Below are positions 9,010 through 19,649 of a stretch of 64,000 nt of DNA, in pieces (within the stretch, counting starts at the first letter, position 1; each line of letters starts with the position of its first letter). Source of the DNA: an uncultured Candidatus Binatia bacterium (GTDB lineage: Bacteria > Desulfobacterota > Binatia > UBA9968 > JAJDTQ01); assembly GCA_964291295.2 (NCBI GenBank), contig OZ219754.1, positions 2,656,001 through 2,720,000 on the forward strand. Reading direction: 5' to 3'. The position numbers were made by a program, and so were the translations under genes. The notes under the pieces are model-generated. The model was not told the origin of the DNA and searched no databases. It saw nothing but the letters and a program-made list of their open reading frames with translations.

Positions 9010-10665
9010 TCAGACCGCGCGGCCGGAATGGGTCTTGCCCCATTCCAGACGCATGGACTTCAACGTCTGTCCCTCGCCCACGCTGACTCGCGTGCCCTTG
9101 AGTTTCTCGCCCACCTTTTCGTACTCGCCCTCGGTGGCCAGCCGCGCCTCCTCGTCCAGTTCGTCGGGCCAGAGCCCCATGAGGTAGCCGTGCCACGGCT
9201 CCTTGAGCTGGAGCTCGGGCAGGCCGAGCTCCTGCCAGATTTCGATGGCCCGATCCATGTAGGGCTTCCTGGGCAGCGACAGAGGCGGCAGGTCGGCCTT
9301 GCGCGTGGCGTCGATCAGCAATGCCGAGTCGGTGCTGTCGTAACGGCTGGAGGGATGGCTTGCCACCATGCCGATGGGCGTGGCGCCGAAGGGCCGGTCG
9401 GGCACGATGACGACGTCCCGGTGCGGCTGGCACCGGTGCGTGATGGCCCAGGTCACCGCCACCGGATCATTGACATTGATGTCCTCGTCCACCGCGACCA
9501 CGAGCTTGCCGACCCGGTCGCCGTACTGCAGCACGGCGTCCATGACCCGCCGGGGCTCGTCGTCGTCCTCCTTTTTCATCCGCACCGCGACGTAGGGCCT
9601 CAGATTCACCAGCTCTTCCATCATGTAGACTTCCTTCACCGACGCGAAGCCCTTGCGGTTCAGGTAGCGGTGCACCAGGGTGCTCATGCCCATGGCCTTG
9701 ATCTTGGAACTCTCGCTGGGGGTGACCTGACTGATGATGGAGACCCAGATGGGGTCCTTCCGGTGCATGACGCAGGTGAGCTCCATCACCGGCCCGATGG
9801 TCCGGGGGTCGACATAGCCCATGGATTCGGCGAAGGGTCCTTCCTCTTCCAGGTAGTTCGTGGGAATGATGCCTTCGAACACCACTTCGGCCGTGGCCGG
9901 CACCTCCAGATTCACGGTCTGGCACTTCACGAGCCGGACCGGTGCCCGGGCCAGCCCTCCGGCCAGGGCCAGTTCGTCCATGTCCGGGGGCACTTTCTGG
10001 GTCGCCGTATACGAGGCCGCCGGCACCGTGCCCACGGCGATGGCCACCTCCAGGGGGATGCCCCGCTCCCGGCACTTCTCCCAGTGGCGCGACAGATCCT
10101 GGGGCGTGCCCGAGTTGGCCCCGCACCGGAGCGGCGACTTGATCAGTCCGCGGTAGTTGCCGACATTGCGCGCGCCGGTTTCCGGATCCCTGGTGATCCA
10201 GTGGCCTGCGGTGATGTAGGGTCCGTTGTCGAATCCCGGGGTGGAGATGGGAATCGGAAACCGGGCGAAGCCGCCGCTGGCGGCAAGGGCGTCGCCCTTG
10301 TGGATCACCTCCATGACCGGACCGTGGGGGACGAGTTCCGGCGGGATCGGCTGTTCCATGGCCTCCACCCACCGGTCCGCAACCTCGTCGGGGCGGCACT
10401 GAAGTCCGAGGCAGTAGATGTCGGTGGAGCCGGAGAGTCCTCCCACCAGCACCGAGCCGTCGTAGCGGTGGCCCTTGGAATCGGTCACGTTCTCGAACAG
10501 GAACGCCTTGCGGTCCTGATCCTCAAGCCCCCGGAACTGCAGCCGCACCAGCGGCTGCAACTCCGTGTCCTTGTTGATTTTCCGCCGGATGCGGCGGAGC
10601 TTGCCAGCCTCCTCGAGCACGGCCAGGAACTGGCGAAGGTCATCGTAGGGTGGTTGCTTGTCCAT
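9010..10665 (-). CDS. UbiD-family decarboxylase
   Basis: Start MDKQPPYDDLRQFL; DNGPYITAG, RNVGNYR, EEGPFAESMGY, VVAVDEDIN, LIDATRK. Confidence 0.93.
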   Translation of the reverse strand: MDKQPPYDDLRQFLAVLEEAGKLRRIRRKINKDTELQPLVRLQFRGLEDQDRKAFLFENVTDSKGHRYDGSVLVGGLSGSTDIYCLGLQCRPDEVADRWVEAMEQPIPPELVPHGPVMEVIHKGDALAASGGFARFPIPISTPGFDNGPYITAGHWITRDPETGARNVGNYRGLIKSPLRCGANSGTPQDLSRHWEKCRERGIPLEVAIAVGTVPAASYTATQKVPPDMDELALAGGLARAPVRLVKCQTVNLEVPATAEVVFEGIIPTNYLEEEGPFAESMGYVDPRTIGPVMELTCVMHRKDPIWVSIISQVTPSESSKIKAMGMSTLVHRYLNRKGFASVKEVYMMEELVNLRPYVAVRMKKEDDDEPRRVMDAVLQYGDRVGKLVVAVDEDINVNDPVAVTWAITHRCQPHRDVVIVPDRPFGATPIGMVASHPSSRYDSTDSALLIDATRKADLPPLSLPRKPYMDRAIEIWQELGLPELQLKEPWHGYLMGLWPDELDEEARLATEGEYEKVGEKLKGTRVSVGEGQTLKSMRLEWGKTHSGRAV

Positions 10666-10738
10666 GGAGCCAGTGTGTATGCGTTTTGTCCCGTTTGCGC
10701 AACTCCTTGGCTCGGGCAAGCTCCGCCAGGGCCCGCAA

Positions 10739-10767
10739 TTTGCAAATCCTCCCGCGTGGCGTAAGAT
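10739..10767 (+). promoter_or_regulatory. Putative sigma70 promoter for cysS, near-leaderless
   Basis: TTTGCA/TTGCAA, 16-17 nt spacer, TAAGAT ending 8 nt before the ATG; no SD sequence. Confidence 0.5.
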
Positions 10768-10775
10768 GAAAGCGC

Positions 10776-12191
<1,416 letters not shown>

Positions 12192-12192
12192 C

Positions 12193-13572
12193 ATGATGTT
12201 TCTGCGGAACCGGTTCACGGGCATCGCGTTGATCGTTGTCCTGGCAGTGGGCGGGCTGTTCGTCTTCCGACAGTTCGAATGGTACCCGCCACGGATACAG
12301 GTCGACCTGGAACGGGCCGTCCTGGGGCGGCGTCCGTTCGTGGTCAGGGTGGACGATCGGGGCAAGGGGCTGACCCACGTCTCGGTGGCCCTGGTGGCGA
12401 ACGGCGAATCCCGCCCCATCCATTTCAGGGAGTTCGAGCCTTCGCGAGCGTTGGCGGAGATTCCGGTGCGCCTGGATCCGGAGCGGCACGAGTTGAAGGA
12501 CGGCGCCGCGGTCTTGACCATCACGGCACTCGACCGCTCTTACTGGGGCTTCTTCAGGGGCAACAAGGCCACTTTCGAGAAGACCGTGGAGATGGACTTC
12601 AGCCCTCCCGTGGTGGAGGTGGTCTCCGGGGACCGCTACGTTACTCAGGGCGGCTCCGGCCTGGTGGCTTACCGGACCTCCCCGGACACGGAACGAAGCG
12701 GGGTCCGGATCGGGCGTTACTCTTTCCGCGGCTACCGGGGGCATCTGCCGGACCGTGACGTGGCGGTGGCGTTCTTCTCCCACCCATACGACGTTCCAGC
12801 CAGCGAACGGGCCGTGATCTTCGCGCAGGATCATGCGGGCAACGAGCGGGAGTCGATGCTCGTGTACGACGTGAGGCCGCTCCGGTTTCGCCGGGTCAAG
12901 ATGCGGGTGTCCGATGATTTCATCCAGCGCAAGATCGCCCCGCTGGCGGCCCGGATCGGGGACCCCGGCGGGACCGCCCGGGAGCGTTTCCTCAAGGTCA
13001 ACCGCAATCTGCGCCGGGACAACGAGGAGACCGTCCACAAGGCCTGCCGGGCTTCGGCGACGAAGAAGCTGTGGGACGGCCGTTTCGTGCAGCTCGCCAA
13101 TTCTGCGGTTCAGGCCAACTTCGCGGACCATCGCTCCTATTACTACCGGGGCCGGAAGATCGACGAGTCGTGGCATCTGGGCTACGACCTGGCGGTGACC
13201 CGGCGTTACCCGGTGGGAGCGGCCAACAGCGGCACGGTGAAGTTTGCGGGGGAACTGGGCATCTATGGCAATACCGTCATCATCGACCACGGTCTCGGCC
13301 TGTGTACGCTGTACTCCCACCTGAGTTCGGTTGCGGTGGCGCCGGGTGATACCGTCCTGAAGGGCGCGCGGATCGGCCGCACCGGCGAGACGGGCCTGGC
13401 CCTCGGCGACCATCTCCACTATGGCGTCTATATCCAGGGCGTGGCCGTGCTGCCCCTGGAATGGTGGGATGCCAAGTGGATCCGGGACAACGTCAGCGAC
13501 AAGCTGGATGGCCTGAAAAGCGGCGCGGAGCCGTCGTCGGACGCACCGCCGCCTCATGCCTCCGCCGATTGA
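12193..13572 (+). CDS. M23-family metallopeptidase, membrane-anchored
   Basis: N-terminal TM helix; HLGYD (HxxxD), YGNTVIIDHG, YSHLS, GDHLHY. Confidence 0.92.
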   Translation: MMFLRNRFTGIALIVVLAVGGLFVFRQFEWYPPRIQVDLERAVLGRRPFVVRVDDRGKGLTHVSVALVANGESRPIHFREFEPSRALAEIPVRLDPERHELKDGAAVLTITALDRSYWGFFRGNKATFEKTVEMDFSPPVVEVVSGDRYVTQGGSGLVAYRTSPDTERSGVRIGRYSFRGYRGHLPDRDVAVAFFSHPYDVPASERAVIFAQDHAGNERESMLVYDVRPLRFRRVKMRVSDDFIQRKIAPLAARIGDPGGTARERFLKVNRNLRRDNEETVHKACRASATKKLWDGRFVQLANSAVQANFADHRSYYYRGRKIDESWHLGYDLAVTRRYPVGAANSGTVKFAGELGIYGNTVIIDHGLGLCTLYSHLSSVAVAPGDTVLKGARIGRTGETGLALGDHLHYGVYIQGVAVLPLEWWDAKWIRDNVSDKLDGLKSGAEPSSDAPPPHASAD

Positions 13573-13574
13573 GC

Positions 13575-14012
13575 ATGGCGGTTCGCGTGGTGGCGGGGAT
13601 CCTGTCCAGGAACGGCCGGTTCCTCGTCGGCCAGCGCCGCGGCGGCGGCGCATTTCCGTACAAGTGGGAGTTCCCCGGTGGCAAGGTCGAGCCCGGCGAG
13701 GGCCGCGGTGGAGCGCTGGCCAGGGAGTTCCTGGAGGAGTTGGACATCTCGGTGAAGACGGCCCGGGAGGTTTTCCGGCACGTACACGTCTATGCCGGCG
13801 GAAACCGGGTGGAGTTGACATTCTTCGAGGTGACGGCCTGCGCGGGTGAGCCGCGGAACCGGGTCTTCCGGCGCATCGCGTGGGTGGAGGCGGAAGCGCT
13901 CGCGGAACTCGATTTTCTCGAAGGCGATCTGCCGCTGGTCCGGGAGCTTCGGAACGGCGGTCTGGAGGGGCTGCCCGAACGGTTGCGGCGACGGAAGGGA
14001 GTGTCGACATGA
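13575..14012 (+). CDS. NUDIX hydrolase, MutT-like
   Basis: WEFPGGKVEPGE...AREFLEELDI Nudix box; start MAVRVVAGIL. Confidence 0.92.
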   Translation: MAVRVVAGILSRNGRFLVGQRRGGGAFPYKWEFPGGKVEPGEGRGGALAREFLEELDISVKTAREVFRHVHVYAGGNRVELTFFEVTACAGEPRNRVFRRIAWVEAEALAELDFLEGDLPLVRELRNGGLEGLPERLRRRKGVST

Positions 14013-15097
14013 TCCTGGTACTGCGTCCGGAAGACATCGACGGGTTGATCACCATGAAGGAGGCCATCGGGCTGGTTCGGGACGGTTTCGCCCAGTGGCA
14101 GCGGAACCCCGATGTCAGCGTGGTGCGGCACCGCACCCACATGCCCTCCAACGTGCGCGTCAGCGTGCACCAGGGCGGGCTGCCGCAGGTCGGCGTCACC
14201 GGTCTCATGACCCATTGCGAGTGGACCACGAATCCGGTTCACGGAGAGCATTCCATCGAGGCCTTTCCGGTGCGCGGGCGGCCGACCCAGGTGCTGTTCG
14301 ACGCCGAGACCGGCGAGTTGCGCTGCATTGTCATCGGCGAGCCGAAACCCCGGGAGCTGTCCCTGAGCGGCGTGTCCGCATTGCGCACGGCGGCCAACAG
14401 CGCGGTGGGCACGGACGTGATGGCCCGGGCCGACGCCACCACGGTGGGCATGCTGGGGTCGCGGAACCAGGCCAGGTACCATCTGCTCGCACTCAAGGAG
14501 ATTCGCGATCTGACCCGCGTCAAGGTCTTCAGCCCGAATCCGGCGCACCGGAAGGAGTTCGCCGACGAGATGGGCGACCTGACCGGGCTGGACATCCGTC
14601 CGGCGGACAGCGCCAGGGAGGCGGTTCACGGCGCCGACATCGTGGTGGCCGCCACCAGTTCGAATATTCCGGTGCTGGACGGCAACTGGCTGGAACCCGG
14701 CGTTCACCTGACCTCCATCGTGGTGAGCAACATCGGCCTCAAGCGCGGCGGCTTCGTCCCGAAGATGCGCCAGGAACTGGACGACGAGAGCATGCGGCGG
14801 GCCGATGTCATCGGCGTCAACTCCCGCGAGACGCTGCGGGTGGACCAGCCCGGGGACTTCATGGAACGGCTGGAGAACGGCATCCTGTCCTGGGACCGGA
14901 TCGTCGAGGTGGGCGAGATCCTGAACGGTACCCGAGCGGGGCGCACGGACGCGAACCAGATCACGCTTTTCAAGAATACCGGCGGCGTGGGAGTATCCGA
15001 CGTGGCCATCGGCGGCAGGCTTTATGAACTGGCCCGTGAGAAGGGATTGGGCATCGAACTGCCCATCGACGGCGCTGAAGCGCGAGAGCCGCTGTAG
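14009..15097 (+). CDS. Ornithine cyclodeaminase/mu-crystallin family protein (paralog 1)
   Basis: LRTAANSAVG, GSRNQA, ADIVVAATSS, ITLFKNTGG..DVA; ATGA overlap with the NUDIX stop. Confidence 0.9.
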   Translation: MILVLRPEDIDGLITMKEAIGLVRDGFAQWQRNPDVSVVRHRTHMPSNVRVSVHQGGLPQVGVTGLMTHCEWTTNPVHGEHSIEAFPVRGRPTQVLFDAETGELRCIVIGEPKPRELSLSGVSALRTAANSAVGTDVMARADATTVGMLGSRNQARYHLLALKEIRDLTRVKVFSPNPAHRKEFADEMGDLTGLDIRPADSAREAVHGADIVVAATSSNIPVLDGNWLEPGVHLTSIVVSNIGLKRGGFVPKMRQELDDESMRRADVIGVNSRETLRVDQPGDFMERLENGILSWDRIVEVGEILNGTRAGRTDANQITLFKNTGGVGVSDVAIGGRLYELAREKGLGIELPIDGAEAREPL

Positions 15098-15121
15098 GCG
15101 GCGCGGCAGGAGCAGGTTGCC

Positions 15122-16225
15122 ATGACCCTTATCCTGAACAACGACGACGTCCGGCAGGTACTGACCATGGAGACCACCATGGCCGCCCTGGAGAAGGCGT
15201 ATGTCGAGTTGGTGGAACAGGAAGCCGTGTGCCGGCCGCGTATCGACCTGCAGGTGCCGACTCCGGATCCGGAGAAGGTGTATCAGTGGGGCACCATGGA
15301 GGGAGGCTCCACCTCCGGGTATTTCGCCATTCGCATGAAGTCGGACGTGATCTACGAGCAGGAATACGGCGGCGCCGTCACCCAGGAGAAGTACTGTGTG
15401 CGGCCGGGGCGCTTCTGCGGTCTGATCCTGCTCACCAGCATCCACAACGGCGAGCCGCTGGCGCTGCTGAACGACGGCCATCTCCAGCACATGCGGGTCG
15501 GTGCCGACTCCGGCCTGGGCGTCAAGTACATGGCCAGGGAGGACGCCGAAGTGGTGGGCATGATCGGCTCGGGCGGCATGGCCCGCTCGCACATGGAAGC
15601 GTTCATGCAGGTGCGGCGCATCCGACGGGTCCAGGTGTACAGCCCCACCCGGGCGAACCGCGAGCAGTACGCCAGGGAGATGACCGAACGGTTCGACGTG
15701 GAGGCGGTGCCGCTGAGCGATCCCGGCGCCGTCTACCGGGGAGCCGACATCGTCGCGGGCTGCACCGATTCCGCCGTGGACATCATCGCGGGAGCCAGGG
15801 TGGAGGCGGGTACGCATATCACCTCCATCGGCGGCCGTCCGGATGCCGAAACCTTCGAGCGTATCGACGTCTCCCTGCGGTTGGGCACGGCGCCCGCGCC
15901 CTGGGGGCTTGAGGAGTTCGGCCTGCCGGACGAGTACATCACCTACGCGGCCCGGCCGGAGGACGACGCCGGCTTCAGGATGAAGCGCAAGCGCCGCCGC
16001 GCCCACGGCGTGCAGGGCGGAGACGGCAACGTCATGTTGGCGGAGCTGCTTTCGGGCGCGCGCCCGGGCAGGACGTCGGCCGCGCAGATCACCTATTCGG
16101 AGCGGGGCAACGTGCAGGGCGCCCAGTTCTATTCGGTGGCCGGCAAGGTCTACGAGTTGGCCAGGGAGCGGGGCCTGGGCAAGGAGATTCCCACGGAATG
16201 GCTGCTCCAGGACATACGGGACTGA
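15122..16225 (+). CDS. Ornithine cyclodeaminase/mu-crystallin family protein (paralog 2)
   Basis: MRVGADSGLG, IGSGGMARSH, YSPTRANRE, GRTSAAQIT. Confidence 0.9.
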   Translation: MTLILNNDDVRQVLTMETTMAALEKAYVELVEQEAVCRPRIDLQVPTPDPEKVYQWGTMEGGSTSGYFAIRMKSDVIYEQEYGGAVTQEKYCVRPGRFCGLILLTSIHNGEPLALLNDGHLQHMRVGADSGLGVKYMAREDAEVVGMIGSGGMARSHMEAFMQVRRIRRVQVYSPTRANREQYAREMTERFDVEAVPLSDPGAVYRGADIVAGCTDSAVDIIAGARVEAGTHITSIGGRPDAETFERIDVSLRLGTAPAPWGLEEFGLPDEYITYAARPEDDAGFRMKRKRRRAHGVQGGDGNVMLAELLSGARPGRTSAAQITYSERGNVQGAQFYSVAGKVYELARERGLGKEIPTEWLLQDIRD

Positions 16226-16396
16226 CCGAGGCGTTCCGAATACGAAAACGCCCCGGCACGAATCGGGCCGTTTCGCTCCGCCTGAACTTCGCCGGGGATC
16301 ATTGCCGCGCAGGGCCGGTGTCAGCCGGTTCGGGGGTACCCGGCCCATCGCTCGCGGGCCGGCCACGGGAAGCACGGGCCGGCAGGGAGCCCTGTC

Positions 16397-17497
16397 ATGC
16401 TGATTCTGAACAATGACGAGATCGAGACGCTGCTTTCCATGGATTCGTGCATCGAGGTGTTGCACAAGGCCTATTGTCAGCTTGCCGGCGGCGAGGCCGT
16501 GAACCGCCCGCGCACCGATCTCTACCTGCCCTTTCCCGAAACTTCGGGAGTGTACGCCTTCAAGTCCATGGAGGCAGGCCTCTTCGATCCCAGGGTGGTG
16601 GCCCTGCGCCTCAACTCCGACGTGATCCGGTGGGAGGACCGCGGCGGCCGCATCGTCAAGGAAAAGCTTCCCAAGGCTCCCGGGAACAAGTGGGTGGGAC
16701 TGGTGCTGCTGTTCTCCGCCGAGACCGGAGAGCCCCTGGCGATCTTTCCGGACGGCGTGATCCAGGCCTTTCGCGTGGCCGCCTCCAGCGCGCTGGCAGC
16801 CAGGCACATGGCGCGTCAGGATGTGACGCATCTCGGCATCTTCGGCTCGGGCTGGCAGGCTCGCGCCCATGTGGAGGCCTTTTGCAAGGTGCGCCGTTTC
16901 GAGAAGGTGGTGGTGTTCAGTCCCACCCGGGCAAATCGCGAGGCCTTCGCCCGGGAGATGGCGCCGCGGGTGGAGCTCCCCGTGGTACCGTGTGCGGAGG
17001 CTGCGCAGGTGGCGGCGCAGTGCCAGGTGCTGGTGGCCGCCACCAACGCCATCACGCGCGTGATCCCGCCGGAGTGGGTGAGGCCGGGGGTGCACGTCAC
17101 TTGCGTCAAGACCTCCGAGCTCGGCGATGAGACCATCGTGCGGGCCGACCGGGTGGTGATCCATGCACGCAAGATCGCACCGGAGAACTACATCGCCGGC
17201 ATGGGGGACGAGAAGGTGGAGGCCCACGATCCCATTCACTTCCTCACCACCACGGACAGGCAGGCGGCGGCGCGGCCCGAGCCCCCGCCCTGGATAGACG
17301 CTCCCGAGTTGAAGGATGTGGTGGCGGGGAAGCGGCCCGGCCGGACCCGGCCGGACGAGTCCACCTGTTTCGTCAACAACATCGGGCTCGGAATCCAGTT
17401 CGCAGCCGTTGGCAGCGCCGTCCATGAGGACGCGAAAGCCAAGGGGCTGGGGCGGGAGATCCCGACCGAATGGTTCCTGGAGTCGGTTCACCCGTAG
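16397..17497 (+). CDS. Ornithine cyclodeaminase/mu-crystallin family protein (paralog 3)
   Basis: FRVAASSALA, FGSGWQARAH, GLGIQFAAVG. Confidence 0.9.
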   Translation: MLILNNDEIETLLSMDSCIEVLHKAYCQLAGGEAVNRPRTDLYLPFPETSGVYAFKSMEAGLFDPRVVALRLNSDVIRWEDRGGRIVKEKLPKAPGNKWVGLVLLFSAETGEPLAIFPDGVIQAFRVAASSALAARHMARQDVTHLGIFGSGWQARAHVEAFCKVRRFEKVVVFSPTRANREAFAREMAPRVELPVVPCAEAAQVAAQCQVLVAATNAITRVIPPEWVRPGVHVTCVKTSELGDETIVRADRVVIHARKIAPENYIAGMGDEKVEAHDPIHFLTTTDRQAAARPEPPPWIDAPELKDVVAGKRPGRTRPDESTCFVNNIGLGIQFAAVGSAVHEDAKAKGLGREIPTEWFLESVHP

Positions 17498-17570
17498 GCG
17501 TCTGCCCGGACAGCGGCGGCCAAGGCAGGGGAGCTGACGCCCCCTCGGGGAGCTGCCGGAGCGCCGGCTG

Positions 17571-18458
17571 CTACCGGCCGCTTCGTTCCCAGCGGCCGGT
17601 CATGTCCGTCACCGAGACCTGACGCCGGCCCTTGCGTACCTGATAGAGCATGCGGCCGGTGACTTCGAGACAACTCAGGGCGTTGCCGTAAACCAGTCCC
17701 GTATCCAGGCCGATCTTGTAGGGAAGATCGAAGAAGACTTCCTTCATGGGAGTGTGACCAAACAGGACGGTCTGGGGCAGGGTGTGCCGGTTGGCGATGA
17801 ACTCGTGCCGGATCCAGATGAGTTCCTCGCCGGTCTGTTCGTCCCAGGAGCGTGCCGGGTTGATACCCGCATGCAGGCACAGAAAGTCGTCAACGAAGTA
17901 CCAGAGGTCCAGCCCCATGTAGAACGCGACATGCTCGGGGGGCAGCGCCGCCAGGAGTCGCTGCCCGTCCCCGGCTCCCGGCGACGACCTCGCCGGGGCG
18001 GCGACGCCATAGCTCGCCAGCGTCGCAAGGCCTCCGTTCATCAGGAACGCGTCGCCGTGATTTCCCGAAAGGCCCATGTAGGAGAGCATCATGTCTTCGT
18101 GGTTGCCTCTCAGGAAGACGGTCTTCTGTTCGCCCCGCCCGCGCCAGCGGATGACGTAGTCGATGACGCCCTTGGACTCGGGCCCCCGGTCGATGTAGTC
18201 GCCGAGGAACACAACGGTGTCGCCCGGTTCCAGCGGCAGCGACTCGCTCAGCGCGGCCAACTCGGACAGACATCCGTGGACGTCGCCGATCACGTAGCAT
18301 TTCATCGTGTGCTTGACCCTCGACGCCAGCCGGGTGAAGGCCAGTGTGGTGCGGCGAGGCGGCTTGCGGCTCGTGGGCCTTGCCTTTTCGGCGTCATCGG
18401 GATCATCCGCCATGATGGAGCCGCCGGGATCGGGAAACCGACAGGGGAGGACACTCAC
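17571..18458 (-). CDS. PPP-family Ser/Thr protein phosphatase (metallophosphoesterase)
   Basis: GDVHG, GDYIDRG, RGNHE, HAG, FGHTP, LDTG. The start is uncertain: GTG 18458 overlapping the upstream stop, ATG 18413 or ATG 18305. Confidence 0.93.
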   Translation of the reverse strand: MSVLPCRFPDPGGSIMADDPDDAEKARPTSRKPPRRTTLAFTRLASRVKHTMKCYVIGDVHGCLSELAALSESLPLEPGDTVVFLGDYIDRGPESKGVIDYVIRWRGRGEQKTVFLRGNHEDMMLSYMGLSGNHGDAFLMNGGLATLASYGVAAPARSSPGAGDGQRLLAALPPEHVAFYMGLDLWYFVDDFLCLHAGINPARSWDEQTGEELIWIRHEFIANRHTLPQTVLFGHTPMKEVFFDLPYKIGLDTGLVYGNALSCLEVTGRMLYQVRKGRRQVSVTDMTGRWERSGR

Positions 18459-19522
18459 CTGGATGGTTTCGACTTCTGGTACTTCCGGTAGTCGTATCCC
18501 GTGGCCATGGACAGCAGCAGATCTTCCATGCCGCCATCCTTCTCCCGTCTCAGAATCAGCAGGCGTTCGAAGAAATCGATGAAGGTCTTCTGAATTCGCT
18601 GCCTCTCCCCGTCCTTGCGCAGGTAGAAATCACGCAGGCTGGTGATGGCCGTTCTCAGGGCGGAGAACCGGAGCTCGTTGGGGAAGGAGTCCCACTCGGG
18701 CAGGGACAGGGGGCGCAGCCCCTCGTAGCCCAGGATCAGTTCCTCGAACCGGTCGAGGTGATAGCGGCCCCCGCAATAGCAGATCGCGTTGACTGTCGTG
18801 GCCAGGTCGAAAATGAACTTCCCGCGGCATGCCCGGTCGAGGTTCATGATCCCGACCAGACGCGAGCCCTTGAACTTCATGCTCTCCCAGGAAAGATTGC
18901 CGTGAATGACTCCCTTGGGCAGATTGTTGTCCAGATAGCCCTCGAGATAGTTGACCTCGTCATCCAGGACCCGGATGATGGTCCTGAGGTGCGCCGGCAG
19001 GCTCTTCCGGACCTCCTGATAGAGAGCCGCCACCTTCGGAAAGGACGAGCGGTTCTCGACACCCTTCTTGTAGCCCCTGCCGATGAGGTGGAGGTCGGCG
19101 AGCACGTGGCCCGCAGCTCCTACCTGCCCCAAGGTGAGGTTGCTCACCGGCACCTCGTCGCCGTCGATGTTGCGGCTGGCGGAGATGAACCGGCCGCCGG
19201 CGTGAAGGTAGTGCTGCCCGCCGCGGCTCTTCAGGGGCTGAATGCACTGAAAGCCGTGACGCCTCAGGAACAGAAGAAGGTCGATATCGTGCTTGACTTC
19301 GGCCTCGTTCTTGAGGCGGTCGATGGAAACGATGAACTTGCCTCGCCTGGTCTCCACAACGAAGAACGAATTGGCGGATTCGCGATGGAGTCCGGCGGCA
19401 GAGTAGAACTCGCCCAGTGCGAACTCCTCGGCGATGCTGGCAAGTTCCCGGGCTTTGGGTTGGGAGATCAGGCTGGCGGCAAAGGTTTTTTTCTCGGAAA
19501 GTTTGACGTCCGTGGAAAGCAT
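18455..19522 (-). CDS. Homoserine kinase type II / APH-fold protein with degenerate catalytic motifs (putative pseudokinase)
   Basis: LADLH, LPKGVIHG, AC...DLA, GY..LRPL and ALR resemble ThrB type II. HxDxxxxN reads HGNLSWES and DF reads NL. SD GAGGAG upstream. Confidence 0.8.
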   Translation of the reverse strand: MLSTDVKLSEKKTFAASLISQPKARELASIAEEFALGEFYSAAGLHRESANSFFVVETRRGKFIVSIDRLKNEAEVKHDIDLLLFLRRHGFQCIQPLKSRGGQHYLHAGGRFISASRNIDGDEVPVSNLTLGQVGAAGHVLADLHLIGRGYKKGVENRSSFPKVAALYQEVRKSLPAHLRTIIRVLDDEVNYLEGYLDNNLPKGVIHGNLSWESMKFKGSRLVGIMNLDRACRGKFIFDLATTVNAICYCGGRYHLDRFEELILGYEGLRPLSLPEWDSFPNELRFSALRTAITSLRDFYLRKDGERQRIQKTFIDFFERLLILRREKDGGMEDLLLSMATGYDYRKYQKSKPSR

Positions 19523-19633
19523 GGGACTCCTCTGGTTACTCCAACCGGTTGCTGCCTGTCAACATTTTCGAGCCCGCCGTGAAGGCACATGGAAGGCACA
19601 CAGTCGTATGAGAATACTCGTGAAGAAAACGCA

Positions 19634-19649
19634 AGCAAGATTCGTGCCA
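19634..19649 (-). promoter_or_regulatory. sigma54 (-24/-12) promoter
   Basis: Minus strand reads TGGCACGAATCTTGCT, an exact match to TGGCACG-N4-TTGCW, about 110 nt upstream of the kinase-like ATG. Confidence 0.85.

Noticed and set aside
2318-10764. Very long plus-strand ORFs (955, 982 and 666 aa)
   Set aside because: Antisense shadows of real genes, expected from high-GC codon bias; no domains
13790-17491. 1233-aa minus-strand ORF
   Set aside because: Antisense to the NUDIX gene and three OCD genes; no recognisable domain
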